Translations under genes and position numbers: made by a program
The notes under the pieces: model-generated
The model's database searches: none
The model's input: the letters and a program-made list of their open reading frames with translations, nothing else
What the model was told of the DNA's origin: nothing
Assembly: GCA_902775135.1 (NCBI GenBank)
Contig: CACYKY010000007.1
Coordinates: 56,751-120,750, forward strand
Length of the DNA stretch: 64,000 nt
Reading direction: 5' to 3'
DNA from: an uncultured Bacteroidota bacterium
GTDB lineage: Bacteria > Bacteroidota > Bacteroidia > Bacteroidales > P3
In this document: positions 8,968 through 19,151 of the stretch, in pieces
How positions within the stretch are numbered: position 1 is the first letter of the stretch
How the letters are laid out: each line of letters begins with the position of its first letter

Positions 8968-10278
8968 ATGAAAAAAAGTACACTTTTTATCGCGATTCTG
9001 CTCGTATGTGGGGCATTCTCCTCTTGCCTCCGCAGCGACGACCTTGAAATGCTGCGCCACCCCATCAGCGTTACGGGCAGCGTAAGCCCGCAATACGGAG
9101 TCCCTGTGGCCAACGGAGAACTGAACATCAACGACCTGCTGGCGAGACTCAGCTCCGATTACCAAGGTCTCATCACCAACGACGAGGAGATTACGGTAGA
9201 ATACACCGCCAATCTGAGCGATACCATCTTCGCCTTCAGCCAGATCCCCAACCTGGCTCCCGCACCCGCGGCCCGTCCCGGCACCAAGGATGGTACGATG
9301 TGGTTCTCGAAGGACACCATTATCATCGACACCATCGACATCGACTTCTTCAACGATGTCTCCGACCTCGGCGGACAAATCAACATGGAGCACATCTGGC
9401 TCAGCATCGCCGTGCGTGCCTATGGCGAATGCCCCGAAAGCGTCCGTCCCTATGTGCGCGCCACCTTCGACAACCTCATCATCAGCTATGAGGACCACGA
9501 GGGCACGCTGAAGTCCTATTCCGGCCTCAGCGTCGAGCCGATCCAGATCACCGACATCACCGAAGGCTTCAACCACGACTTCGAGCAACTCGACGTGGCT
9601 TCCATTGCCAACGATATGCCCCGTCGCATCTTCACCCAGTACCGCATGCGCTTCAATGTCAGCTCCGAATTCATCACCAACAACATCAGCAACTTGAACT
9701 TCGGCGCTATCCTCGACAGCGTCCGTATGTCGCGCCTCATCTACGCTGCCGACCTCACGGTGAACATGCCCTTCAGCGTCCAATTCAACGGCCTCACCTA
9801 TTCGTTCAATATCGACCTTGGCGACGGCCTCTCCTCTGTCAACCTCGACTCCATCATGCACTCCATGGCCGAAGGCGTCGACGTCAACGTCGATACCGCC
9901 CGCTTCCGCATGGTCCTCGACAACGGCATCCCCATGGCTTTCACCCTCAGCGCCACCATGCAGGACGCCAATGGGCAAGACCTCTTCGACATATTCCGAA
10001 ACAAGGACATCGCCTCCGCCAATGTCGTCCCCTCCTCCAGCGACCCCAACCGCTTCCAAGCCTCCACCAGCGTCCAGAGCTCCATCGACGCCATTCTCCA
10101 TCAGAATGAAATCGCCAAATTCTATCAGGCTCGCACCATGAAGATCACCCTCAAAACCGACACCAACGGCAAGCACGTCACCATCAAACGCGACGACTTC
10201 CTCCGCATCAAGGCCTTCCTCATGATACGCCCCACTGTGGATGTCAACATCTCGATCACCGACAATGGCATTCTTTAA
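8968..10278 (+). CDS. hypothetical lipoprotein
   Basis: 436 aa. Lipobox MKKSTLFIAILLVCGAFSSC. Confidence 0.8.
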   Translation: MKKSTLFIAILLVCGAFSSCLRSDDLEMLRHPISVTGSVSPQYGVPVANGELNINDLLARLSSDYQGLITNDEEITVEYTANLSDTIFAFSQIPNLAPAPAARPGTKDGTMWFSKDTIIIDTIDIDFFNDVSDLGGQINMEHIWLSIAVRAYGECPESVRPYVRATFDNLIISYEDHEGTLKSYSGLSVEPIQITDITEGFNHDFEQLDVASIANDMPRRIFTQYRMRFNVSSEFITNNISNLNFGAILDSVRMSRLIYAADLTVNMPFSVQFNGLTYSFNIDLGDGLSSVNLDSIMHSMAEGVDVNVDTARFRMVLDNGIPMAFTLSATMQDANGQDLFDIFRNKDIASANVVPSSSDPNRFQASTSVQSSIDAILHQNEIAKFYQARTMKITLKTDTNGKHVTIKRDDFLRIKAFLMIRPTVDVNISITDNGIL

Positions 10279-10306
10279 TTCATTAACGTAAAAGGAGGAA
10301 CACACC

Positions 10307-11776
10307 ATGAGAAAGAACATTTTCCTGATAGCCCTTACCGTCCTGATGGCTGCTCCCGCCGCCCAAGCTCAGTTCGACGAAACCAACAACCTCTTCTACC
10401 ATACCCTGCGCACCCCGCAATCCAATATCTACAACCCCGCTTTCTTCCCCACCAACAACACCTTCTACATCATGCTCCCGGGCGTCGACGTCCAATTCGG
10501 CAGCCCCCTCTCCATGAACAACATCATCTACTACGACCGTCCGTCCAACCGCACCGTCATCGACCTCAACCGTATCCTCTCATCCCTTGAGGAAGAAAAC
10601 GATTTCCGCCTCGGTGCCGATGTCAACCTCGTCGGTTTCGGTTTCAACGTGAAAAACACATACATCAACTTCAACACCCGCTTGGTCAACCACATCGGCG
10701 TAGGTCTCCCCATCTCCACCATCAACGCCCTCCTCGAGGGTAACGTCGGCGACGACAACAATCCCCGTCCCGTGGTAGAAATCGTCAATGGCGACATCCT
10801 CAACGCCACCTCCTACCTCGAGACCTCCATCGGCGTCGCACAGCGCTTCGAGCCCATCAACCTCACCGTCGGTCTCCGCGCCAAAGTCCTCTATGGTATC
10901 GCCAACGTACAGACCGACAACACCAAGATTGTCCTCAACACCGACCCCGCCCTCGACTCCGTCTCCGCCTCCATCTACTACCAGATCCAGTCGGCAACCT
11001 TCGCCCCCTACGACACCACCCAGAAGAAATTCCTCTTCAATGTCGGCGACCTCTTCAACATCGGTCAGGCCAACACCGGCTTCTCCTTCGACATCGGTGC
11101 CCGCTACGACTTCGGCCCCTTCACCTTCTCCCTCGCCATCAACGACCTCTCCGCCGGTATCCACTGGAAGAACAACGTCACCACCTGGACCCCCTCCAAC
11201 GGCCAGGGTGTCATCACCTTCAACGGTCTCAGCGTCAACTCCATGCTCGACAACGGTTCCTTCAATATCGACTCCCTTACCGCCTACCTCCAGAACCAGC
11301 TCAACGGTATGACCCCCCATCGTGTCGCTGACGGCGACTACTGGTTCTCCATCCCCACCAAGTTCAACCTCGGCGCCAGCTACAGCTTCGCCAAGATCTT
11401 CCGCGCGGGATTCCTCTTCCACGGTCAGCTCGACCGCGGCCTCTTCTGCAAGTCGAACTCCCTGAGCTTCGGCACTCCGGCCCCCAACACCTTCCGCTGG
11501 AACACCACGCTCTCCATCGGTGCCAACCTCTTCAACTGGGTCGAGGTCATCGCTGCCAACTCCTTCGTCAACGACGGCTCCTCCTTCGACGTCCTCAATC
11601 CCGGCGTCGGCATCGTCCTCACTCCCGGCACCGTCTTCCAGGTCTACCTCATGGCCGACTACCTCAGCTCCTTCTACCTCACCGACTCCAAAGCCCTCAA
11701 CCTCAAATTCGGCCTCAACCTCCTCTTCGGCAAAGGCTCCCGATCCATCATCGAAGAAACTGCCGCCCGGTTTTAG
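10307..11776 (+). CDS. hypothetical outer-membrane beta-barrel protein (N-terminus loosely PorP/SprF-like)
   Basis: 489 aa. Signal peptide ending AQAQ, then FDETNNLFYHTLRTPQSNIYNPAFFP. Alternating beta-strand pattern, Gly/aromatic rich. Confidence 0.75.
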   Translation: MRKNIFLIALTVLMAAPAAQAQFDETNNLFYHTLRTPQSNIYNPAFFPTNNTFYIMLPGVDVQFGSPLSMNNIIYYDRPSNRTVIDLNRILSSLEEENDFRLGADVNLVGFGFNVKNTYINFNTRLVNHIGVGLPISTINALLEGNVGDDNNPRPVVEIVNGDILNATSYLETSIGVAQRFEPINLTVGLRAKVLYGIANVQTDNTKIVLNTDPALDSVSASIYYQIQSATFAPYDTTQKKFLFNVGDLFNIGQANTGFSFDIGARYDFGPFTFSLAINDLSAGIHWKNNVTTWTPSNGQGVITFNGLSVNSMLDNGSFNIDSLTAYLQNQLNGMTPHRVADGDYWFSIPTKFNLGASYSFAKIFRAGFLFHGQLDRGLFCKSNSLSFGTPAPNTFRWNTTLSIGANLFNWVEVIAANSFVNDGSSFDVLNPGVGIVLTPGTVFQVYLMADYLSSFYLTDSKALNLKFGLNLLFGKGSRSIIEETAARF

Positions 11777-11825
11777 TGAATTGTGAATAGTGATTAGTGA
11801 TTAGTGATTAGTGAATAGTGATTAG
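11774..11825. repeat. heptamer tandem array TAGTGAT/TAGTGAA (~7.4 units)
   Basis: Read directly. The first unit contains the TAG stop of the 10307-11776 gene. Confidence 0.95.
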
Positions 11826-11840
11826 ACGGGATAGAGGCAG

Positions 11841-11890
11841 ATTTCAATTTTCAATTTTCAATTTTCAACTTTCAACTTTCAATTTTCAAC
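11841..11890. repeat. heptamer tandem array TTTCAAT/TTTCAAC (7 units)
   Basis: Read directly. Preceded by GAGGCAGA (11834-11841). Ends 18 nt before the der ATG. Confidence 0.95.
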
Positions 11891-11908
11891 ACTCACCCCC
11901 CACAAGAA

Positions 11909-13213
11909 ATGAACATCATCGCCATTGTCGGACGCCCCAACGTCGGTAAGTCCACCCTCTTCAACCGTCTCACCGAGAGTCGCGACGCCATTGTCGACCC
12001 CACCTCCGGTGTTACGCGCGACCGCCAGTATGGCCACTCCGACTGGAACGGCAAGCACTTCTCTGTCATCGACACCGGTGGCTATGTCATGGGCGGCGAC
12101 GACGAGTTCGAGGCCGAAATCCGCAAGCAGGTCTCCTTGGCCATCGACGAAGCCGACGCCATCCTCTTCCTTGTCGACGCCCGCGAAGGTCTCACCCCCA
12201 TGGATGAGGATGTGGCCGAGATGCTCCGCCGCCAACCCAAGCCCGTTGTCCTTGCCGTCAACAAGGTCGACAACGCCGCCCAGATGGACGCCCTCGCCGA
12301 GTTCTACGCCCTCGGCCTCGGCGACCCCTACCCCATTGCAGGTATCACCGGCTCCGGCACCGGCGACCTCCTCGACGCCCTGGTGAAGGATTTCGACGAA
12401 GGCAACGACGACCCCACCGACGGCCTCCCCCGCATCGCCGTCGTCGGCCGCCCCAATGTGGGCAAGTCATCCTTCATCAACATGATCACCGGCGAACATC
12501 GCTCCGTGGTCACCCCCATCGCCGGCACCACCCGCGACGCCGTCTACTCGCACTACAACCTCTTCGGCTTCGACTTCAACTTCGTCGACACCGCCGGCCT
12601 CCGGCGCAAAGCCAAGGTCTCCGAGGACCTCGAGTTCTACTCCGTCATGCGCTCCGTCCGCGCCATCGAGGCCGCCGATGTCTGCATCCTCATGCTCGAC
12701 GCCTCCCAAGGACTCGAGCAGCAGGACCTCAACATCTTCTCCCTCATCCGGCGCAACAACAAGGGTGTCGTCATCGTCGTCAACAAGTGGGACCTCGTCC
12801 AGAAAGAGACCAACACCCACCGCGACTACGAAAACCTCATCCGCGAGCGCATCGCCCCCTTCGACGATGTGCCCATCATCTTCACCTCCGTCATCAACAA
12901 GCAGCGCATCTTCAAGGTCCTCGAAACCGCACGTGCCGTCTACGAGGCCCGCTCGCGCCGCATCTCCACAGCCGAACTCAACGACACCCTCCTGCCCATC
13001 GTCAAAGAGCAGAACCCGCCGCCCTCGGTCAAAGGCAAATGGGTTAAAATCAAATATATCACCCAACTCCCAACACCCTATCCCCAGTTCGTCTTCTTCT
13101 GCAACCTCCCGCAGTATGTCCGCGACCCCTACAAGCGTTTCGTCGAAAACCGCATGCGCGAACTCTGGGACTTCCACGGTGTTCCCATCACCATCTACTT
13201 CCGTGCAAAATAG
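11909..13213 (+). CDS. der: ribosome-biogenesis GTPase Der (EngA), double G domain
   Basis: Two P-loops (GRPNVGKSTLFN, GRPNVGKSSFIN) and a KH-like C-terminus. Confidence 0.95.
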   Translation: MNIIAIVGRPNVGKSTLFNRLTESRDAIVDPTSGVTRDRQYGHSDWNGKHFSVIDTGGYVMGGDDEFEAEIRKQVSLAIDEADAILFLVDAREGLTPMDEDVAEMLRRQPKPVVLAVNKVDNAAQMDALAEFYALGLGDPYPIAGITGSGTGDLLDALVKDFDEGNDDPTDGLPRIAVVGRPNVGKSSFINMITGEHRSVVTPIAGTTRDAVYSHYNLFGFDFNFVDTAGLRRKAKVSEDLEFYSVMRSVRAIEAADVCILMLDASQGLEQQDLNIFSLIRRNNKGVVIVVNKWDLVQKETNTHRDYENLIRERIAPFDDVPIIFTSVINKQRIFKVLETARAVYEARSRRISTAELNDTLLPIVKEQNPPPSVKGKWVKIKYITQLPTPYPQFVFFCNLPQYVRDPYKRFVENRMRELWDFHGVPITIYFRAK

Positions 13214-13263
13214 TTTAAGTTATTAGTTTTAGTTTTTAGCATTCTCTTAAATCTTAACTCATA

Positions 13264-13305
13264 TTTCAATTTTCAATTCTAAATTTTCAATTCTCAATTA
13301 AATTT
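13264..13305. repeat. heptamer tandem array TTTCAAT-type (6 degenerate units)
   Basis: Read directly. Preceded by a TAGTTT-type low-complexity run at 13211-13240. Confidence 0.85.
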
Positions 13306-13360
13306 TGGCACGCAATTTGCAGTAACAAAAATTGAAAAACAATAAAAAAAACAATAAAAC

Positions 13361-13675
13361 ATGAAAGTAACAGAAGAAAACTTCAACGAGATGATTGCCT
13401 CCGGCAAACCCGTTATGGTCGATTTTGGTGCCACCTGGTGTGGCCCCTGCAAAGCCCTTGCTCCCCGCATCGAAGAGCTTGAGAAAGAGTACGAAGGCCG
13501 CGTCATGATTGGCACCGCCGATGTCGACGAATGCTCCGACCTCGCCGCCAAGTTCCGTATCCGCAACGTCCCCACCGTCCTCTTCTTCAAAGCCGGAAGC
13601 GACGCCCCCGTCGACAAATCCGTCGGTCTCGTCGCCAAGGAAACCCTCGCCGAGAAACTCAACGCGCTGCTCTAA
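13361..13675 (+). CDS. trxA: thioredoxin
   Basis: 104 aa with the WCGPC active site. Confidence 0.95.
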   Translation: MKVTEENFNEMIASGKPVMVDFGATWCGPCKALAPRIEELEKEYEGRVMIGTADVDECSDLAAKFRIRNVPTVLFFKAGSDAPVDKSVGLVAKETLAEKLNALL

Positions 13676-13679
13676 TATT

Positions 13680-14651
13680 TTGAGGTTAGATCAATCCCAT
13701 ATCGATCGCTACAAAACGCTGGACTTTTATGCCCGTCAGGTGGTGGAAGGATTCATCACCGGAAGGCATAAAAGTCCTTTTCACGGCTTCTCCGTCGAGT
13801 TCTCCGACTACCGCCAGTACAATCCTGGCGAGTCCATCCGCAACATCGACTACCGCCTCTACGGACGCACCGACCGACTCTACGTCAAGCAGTTCGAGGA
13901 GGAGACCAACCTCCGCTGCCAGATCTTCATCGACAAAACCGAATCCATGCTTTTCCCCCTTGAGGGACAGGGGGATATCGATCATCCCAACAAACTCACT
14001 TTCGCCGTCTACGCCGCCGCCGTGCTCATCGAGCTTCTCCACCGCCAGCGCGACGCCTTCGGCCTCACATTGCTTGGACGCGATGTCCCAACATCCGAGA
14101 TACACACTCCCGAATCCGACATCTTCTTCACACCCTGCCGTTCCAACAGCGTCCACCAACACCACCTCCTCGGCCTCCTCGACAGCCTTATCCAGCCAGT
14201 AGAAATGAGCGCCGTCCGTCAGGACCCACCTTTGTCGCTCGCGCGAGCCCTCCATCTCACCGCCGAGCAGCTCCACCGCCGCTCCCTCGTCGTCATCTTC
14301 ACCGACGCCTTCGTGCGCCCCGACGAGCAGGAGCCCCTCCTCGACGCCCTCCGCCACCTGCGCCACAACAAGCACGAGGTCATCCTTTTCCACACCTACG
14401 ACCTCGCCCGCGAAGTCAATCTCCATTTCGACGCCCGTCCCCATCTATTCATCGACCTCGAAAGCCGGCGCCAGCTGCGCCTGCAACCCAACGAAGTTGC
14501 CGATGCCTACCGCCGCCAGATGGAGCATCTCTTCTCTACGCTCCGCCAGCGTGCGATGCAATATCGCATCGACTATGTCCCCGTGGACATTGCCCAGGGC
14601 TTCCACCAGGTGCTCCTCCCCTTCCTTCTCAAACGCAGCAAAAACCACTAA
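13680..14651 (+). CDS. DUF58 domain protein (vWA-like, MoxR-associated family)
   Basis: GRHKSPFHGFSVEFSDYRQYNPGESIRNIDYRLYGRTDRLYVKQFEEE is the DUF58 core. There is no in-frame ATG near the 5' end. TTG 13680 chosen (ATT 13677 is an alternative), so the start is uncertain. Confidence 0.75.
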   Translation: MRLDQSHIDRYKTLDFYARQVVEGFITGRHKSPFHGFSVEFSDYRQYNPGESIRNIDYRLYGRTDRLYVKQFEEETNLRCQIFIDKTESMLFPLEGQGDIDHPNKLTFAVYAAAVLIELLHRQRDAFGLTLLGRDVPTSEIHTPESDIFFTPCRSNSVHQHHLLGLLDSLIQPVEMSAVRQDPPLSLARALHLTAEQLHRRSLVVIFTDAFVRPDEQEPLLDALRHLRHNKHEVILFHTYDLAREVNLHFDARPHLFIDLESRRQLRLQPNEVADAYRRQMEHLFSTLRQRAMQYRIDYVPVDIAQGFHQVLLPFLLKRSKNH

Positions 14652-14730
14652 AAAGGGCGCGTTTGGGTGCAAAGGATGGGTGGTGGAAAAGTTTTTTTGG
14701 AAGACAAGGGTGTAATTGAAGATTTTTTTG

Positions 14731-14738
14731 TATATTTG
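14731..14738 (+). promoter_or_regulatory. Bacteroidota -7 promoter box
   Basis: TATATTTG lies 88 nt upstream of ATG 14826. Confidence 0.45.
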
Positions 14739-14825
14739 CATTTTGTATTTCCCACTGTTGGCCGACGCGAACCATGGGCAAACATGCGGCATATCAATGA
14801 ATCAACAAAAAAAATATATAAATTT

Positions 14826-16178
14826 ATGAAACAATATATCGAAGAAAACAAAGATCGTTTTTTGGAGGAGCTTTTCAGCTTGATCCGTATTCCGAGTATC
14901 AGCAGCGAACAGGAGCACAAACCCGACATGGTGCGCTGCGCCGAGCGCTGGAAGGAGCTGCTGCTTGCGGCAGGAGCCGATAAAGCCGAGGTGATGCCCA
15001 CCGAGGGCAACCCCGTGGTGTACGGCGAGAAGACCATAGATCCCTCGAAGCCCACGGTGCTTGTCTACGGCCACTACGATGTGATGCCCGTGGCGCCGCT
15101 CGAACTCTGGCGCACCGAGCCCTTCGAGCCTGTGGTGAAAGACGGGAAAATCTGGGCACGCGGCGCCGACGACGACAAGGGTCAGAGTTTCATGCACGCC
15201 AAAGCCTTCGAATATATGGTGAAGACGGGGACCCTTCCCTGCAATGTGAAGTTCATGCTCGAGGGCGAGGAGGAAATCGGCAGCGGAAGCCTCTACGGAT
15301 TCTGCGAGAAGAACAAGGAGCTGCTGAAAGCCGACATCATCCTGGTGAGCGACACGTCGATGATTGCCCCCGATGTGCCCAGCATCACCAGTGGCCTGCG
15401 CGGCTTGTGCTACTGGGAGGTGGAGGTGACAGGTGCCAACCACGACCTTCACAGCGGCATCTTCGGCGGCGCGGTAGCCAATCCCATCAATGTACTGTGC
15501 AAGATGATTGCCGACCTCCACGACGAGAACGGCCACATCACCATCCCCGGATTCTACGACGATGTGCTGGTGCTGAGCAACGAGGAGCGTGCGCTGATGG
15601 CGCAGGCCCCCTTCGACGAGGAGGCCTACAAGCGCGAGCTGGGCGTCAAGGCCCTCAAGGGTGAGAAAGGCTACAGCACCAAGGAACGCACCGGCATCCG
15701 TCCCTGCCTGGATGTGTGCGGCATCTGGGGCGGCCACACCGGCGAGGGCACGAAGACCGTGCTCCCCAGCAAGGCCTACGCCAAGATCAGCACCCGCCTG
15801 GTGGCAAATCAGGACTACGAGAAAATCAGCAAACTGTTCCAGGAGTATTTCGAGAGTGTGGCACCCGACTATGTCACCGTGAAGGTGACCCCATGTCATG
15901 GTGGCGCCGCCTATGTGGCCCCGCTGGAGCTGAAGGCCTACAAGGCTGCCGAGAAAGCAATGACCGAGACCTTCGGCAAACGTCCCATCCCCACCCGCAG
16001 CGGCGGCAGCATCCCCATCGTGGCAGGTTTCGAGAAGATTCTCGGCCTGAAGAGCATCCTGATGGGCTTCGGATTGGCCAGCGACGACATCCACGCCCCC
16101 AACGAGAACTATCCCCTACAGCAGTTCCTCAAGGGCATTGAGACCATTCCGCTGTTCTACAAATATTTCAGCTGCTAA
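14826..16178 (+). CDS. M20 family dipeptidase
   Basis: Start at MKQYIEENKDRFLEELFSLIRIPSIS. LVYGHYDVMPV, GRGADDDKG and MLEGEEEIGS are metal-binding motifs. Confidence 0.85.
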   Translation: MKQYIEENKDRFLEELFSLIRIPSISSEQEHKPDMVRCAERWKELLLAAGADKAEVMPTEGNPVVYGEKTIDPSKPTVLVYGHYDVMPVAPLELWRTEPFEPVVKDGKIWARGADDDKGQSFMHAKAFEYMVKTGTLPCNVKFMLEGEEEIGSGSLYGFCEKNKELLKADIILVSDTSMIAPDVPSITSGLRGLCYWEVEVTGANHDLHSGIFGGAVANPINVLCKMIADLHDENGHITIPGFYDDVLVLSNEERALMAQAPFDEEAYKRELGVKALKGEKGYSTKERTGIRPCLDVCGIWGGHTGEGTKTVLPSKAYAKISTRLVANQDYEKISKLFQEYFESVAPDYVTVKVTPCHGGAAYVAPLELKAYKAAEKAMTETFGKRPIPTRSGGSIPIVAGFEKILGLKSILMGFGLASDDIHAPNENYPLQQFLKGIETIPLFYKYFSC

Positions 16179-16186
16179 ACGAAGGG

Positions 16187-16744
16187 ATGGATACATCGTT
16201 GACAGACAAGGCTGTGATATTCGCCACAAAGGCGCACTCGGGCACTCCTCGCAAAGGAACGCAGATGCCCTACATCACCCATCCCATGGAGGCGATGGCC
16301 ATCGTGGCGACGATGACTGACCGGCAGGAACTGCTGGCGGCGGCGGCGCTGCACGACGTGGTGGAGGACACCCCCGTCACGCTCGAAGAGCTGCGCCATG
16401 AGTTCGGCGACGAGGTGGCAGAATGGGTCTTCTACGAGACATCGCCGAGCGAAGAGGAGACGACGTGGTACGAGCGCAAGCAGGCCAATATTGACCGTCT
16501 GGCGGCAGCTCCGCTGGAGGCGAAGATGGTGGCCATAGGTGACAAACTGAGCAACCTGCGCGCCATTGTACGCGACTACCGCCGTCTGGGCGATGCGCTG
16601 TGGTGCCGTTTCAACGCCCCGCAGGGCGGCAAAGATGTGGCCTGGTACTACCGAGGCCTGGGAGAAGCGCTGAAAGACCTCGCCGGCACACAGCCCTACG
16701 AAGAGTATATGAGTTTGGTGGACAGATTGAGTTTTTGTCAATAA
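16187..16744 (+). CDS. HD-domain phosphohydrolase (RelA/SpoT-hydrolase-like)
   Basis: 185 aa. YITHPMEAM....AAALHDVVEDT HD motif. Confidence 0.8.
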   Translation: MDTSLTDKAVIFATKAHSGTPRKGTQMPYITHPMEAMAIVATMTDRQELLAAAALHDVVEDTPVTLEELRHEFGDEVAEWVFYETSPSEEETTWYERKQANIDRLAAAPLEAKMVAIGDKLSNLRAIVRDYRRLGDALWCRFNAPQGGKDVAWYYRGLGEALKDLAGTQPYEEYMSLVDRLSFCQ

Positions 16745-16750
16745 AATGCA

Positions 16751-16781
16751 TTAGGGGCATTAAAGCCCTTAATGCCCCTAA
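16751..16781 (+). terminator. perfect 13-bp inverted repeat (TTAGGGGCATTAA / TTAATGCCCCTAA), possible terminator
   Basis: Arms 16751-16763 and 16769-16781, 5-nt loop, 7 nt after the HD gene stop. No U tract. Confidence 0.4.
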
Positions 16782-16806
16782 AGCCCATCCATAAAGCAAA
16801 ACAAAC

Positions 16807-16834
16807 GGTAAACCATAAACAGTAAACAGTAAAC
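16807..16834. repeat. heptamer tandem array NGTAAAC (4 units)
   Basis: Read directly. Ends 4 nt before ATG 16839. Confidence 0.85.
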
Positions 16835-16838
16835 CGAT

Positions 16839-19151
16839 ATGTACGAGATTATCAGCAAGCGGCTGCTCAACAGCCACGAGATTTACAGGATGGAAATCCA
16901 CGCCCCGTGGATATCGCTCAGCGGCAAGCCCGGCCAGTTCGTCATCGTGATACCTCACGAGAACGGTGAGCGCATACCGCTGACCATCAGCGATATCGTC
17001 TATCAGCGCCAATCGGTGGTGATAGTGTTCCAGGTGGTGGGCGAAACCACGCGCCAGCTGGCACAGATGAACGAGGGCGACGACCTCTATACCATCGTGG
17101 GACCCCTGGGGCGGCCCAGCGAACTGATAGAGAAATTCGAGAAGGGTGAGTTGAAACGGCTGCTCTTTGTGGCTGGCGGCGTGGGCATTGCTCCCGTGTT
17201 CCCGCAGGTGAAATGGGCCTTCCGCAACGGCATCCCCACCGACGTCATCATCGGTGCCCGCTCCAAAGACCTGCTCTTCTACGAGGACGAGCTGCGGGCC
17301 GTGTGCCACAACCTCCACATCATGACCGATGACGGCACCTATGGCCAGCAAGGCTTAGTGACCGCCAAGGTGGACGAACTGTGCACCAAGGGGGTGGAAT
17401 ACTCCCACTGTGTAGCCATCGGTCCCCTGCCGATGATGAAGTTCGTCAGCCTCACGACGAAGAAATACAATCTGCCCACCATCGTGAGCCTCAACTGCAT
17501 GATGGTCGACGGCACCGGCATGTGCGGCGCCTGCCGCGTGAGGGTTGGCGACGAGGTGAAATTCTGCTGTGTCGACGGACCCGAATTCGACGGCCATCTG
17601 GTGGATTTCGACGAGGCGGCACGTAAATTGAAAACTCCCGATGCCCGCCGCTACCGCATAGCCACCTCCGAGAGCGGCCACCAGTGCAACCTGGCACCCG
17701 CTGTGGACGCCGCCATATCTCTAACCGAAAAAACCGAAGAAAACCGAATTCGGCTTAATTCGGATGATTCGGTTAGCAATAAAAAAACGGTTAGACAGAA
17801 ACCTGCCGAGCAGGACCCCAAGGTGAGGGCAAAGAACTTCGACGAGGTCTCCTTCGGCCTCACCGAGCAGCAGGCCCTCGTCGAGGCCAACCGCTGCCTG
17901 CAATGTAAGAAACCGCGTTGTGTGGAAGCATGCCCCGTGGGAATCAACATCCCGCTATTCATTCAGAACATCAAGGAAGAAAACTTCAACCAGGCCTATG
18001 TCACCATCTCCCACGACTCAGCGCTGCCCGCCGTATGCGGACGCGTCTGCCCGCAGGAGACCCAATGCGAGGGTTCTTGCATCATGGGCATCAAGGCTGA
18101 ACCCATTGCCATCGGAGCCCTCGAGCGTTTCGTGGCCGACAACCATCGCGCGCAATCCAAACCCCAGAGCCAGTGTTACCCCGCGGGCCGCAAGGTGGCA
18201 GTCATCGGCAGTGGTCCCAGCGGATTGACCTGTGCCGGCGACTTGGCCAAACACGGCTTCCAGGTCACCGTCTTCGAGGCGCTGCACCACGCCGGCGGCG
18301 TACTCGTCTACGGCATACCGGAATTCCGCCTGCCCAAGCAGCGCGTCGTGGAACCCGAGATTGAGAACCTCCGCCGTCTGGGTGTCGAGATACGCACCAA
18401 CGTCATCATTGGCAAGAGCATCACCATCGACCAGCTCATGAACGACATGGAATACGACGCCGTCTATATTGCCTCCGGCGCAGGACTGCCCAAGTTCATG
18501 GGCATCCCCGGCGAGACGCTCATCGGCGTCATCTCGGCCAACGAGCTGCTCACCCGCACCAACCTCATGCACGGCTACGACGAGCAGTACGACACCCCCA
18601 TCTATCTAGGCCGCAAGGTCATCGTCGTCGGTGGCGGCAATGTGGCAATGGACGCTGCACGTACCGCGTTGCGACTGGGCAGCGAGGTGACTGTCGTCTA
18701 CCGTCGCGGAGAGGTTGATATGCCCGCCCGCCGCGAGGAGGTGCACCACGCCATGGAGGAGGGCGTGCAGTTCCTCTTCCAGACCGCCCCGCTCGAGATT
18801 CTCGGCACCCCGGACGGATACGTCCGGGCCCTCCGCTGCGTGAAGATGGAGATGGGCGCCCCCGATGAGAAAGGCCGCCGCAAGTTCAGCCCCATCGAGG
18901 GCAGCGAGTGCGATGTGGAGGCCGACACTATCGTCGCCGCCCTCGGCACCAGTCCCAACCCCCTCATCCGCACCTCTACCCCGGGACTCGACTGCGAAGT
19001 GTGGGGCGGCATCAAGGCCGACGAGAACGGTCAGACCTCCCGCAAGTACATCTTCGCCGGCGGCGATGCCGTCAGCGGCGCCGCCACCGTCATCCTTGCC
19101 ATGGGAGCCGGCCGCAAAGCCGCCAAAGCCATCATGGAGGTGCTGGGATAA
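16839..19151 (+). CDS. fused NfnA/NfnB-like oxidoreductase (FAD/NAD(P) ferredoxin-reductase-type module fused to a glutamate-synthase-small-chain-like NADPH oxidoreductase)
   Basis: 770 aa. N-terminal half has the PyrK/sulfide-dehydrogenase-like fold with a C-terminal Cys cluster (CGACRV..C). C-terminal half has CLQCKKPRCVEACP, a second Cys cluster and two GxGxxG sites (VAVIGSGPSG, VVGGGNVAMD). Confidence 0.85.
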   Translation: MYEIISKRLLNSHEIYRMEIHAPWISLSGKPGQFVIVIPHENGERIPLTISDIVYQRQSVVIVFQVVGETTRQLAQMNEGDDLYTIVGPLGRPSELIEKFEKGELKRLLFVAGGVGIAPVFPQVKWAFRNGIPTDVIIGARSKDLLFYEDELRAVCHNLHIMTDDGTYGQQGLVTAKVDELCTKGVEYSHCVAIGPLPMMKFVSLTTKKYNLPTIVSLNCMMVDGTGMCGACRVRVGDEVKFCCVDGPEFDGHLVDFDEAARKLKTPDARRYRIATSESGHQCNLAPAVDAAISLTEKTEENRIRLNSDDSVSNKKTVRQKPAEQDPKVRAKNFDEVSFGLTEQQALVEANRCLQCKKPRCVEACPVGINIPLFIQNIKEENFNQAYVTISHDSALPAVCGRVCPQETQCEGSCIMGIKAEPIAIGALERFVADNHRAQSKPQSQCYPAGRKVAVIGSGPSGLTCAGDLAKHGFQVTVFEALHHAGGVLVYGIPEFRLPKQRVVEPEIENLRRLGVEIRTNVIIGKSITIDQLMNDMEYDAVYIASGAGLPKFMGIPGETLIGVISANELLTRTNLMHGYDEQYDTPIYLGRKVIVVGGGNVAMDAARTALRLGSEVTVVYRRGEVDMPARREEVHHAMEEGVQFLFQTAPLEILGTPDGYVRALRCVKMEMGAPDEKGRRKFSPIEGSECDVEADTIVAALGTSPNPLIRTSTPGLDCEVWGGIKADENGQTSRKYIFAGGDAVSGAATVILAMGAGRKAAKAIMEVLG

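Noticed and set aside
13509-13679. Upstream part of track ORF 13509-14651 overlapping trxA
   Set aside because: This is an out-of-frame overlap with thioredoxin. The DUF58 homology begins only after the trxA stop, so a TTG (13680) start was preferred, with stated uncertainty.
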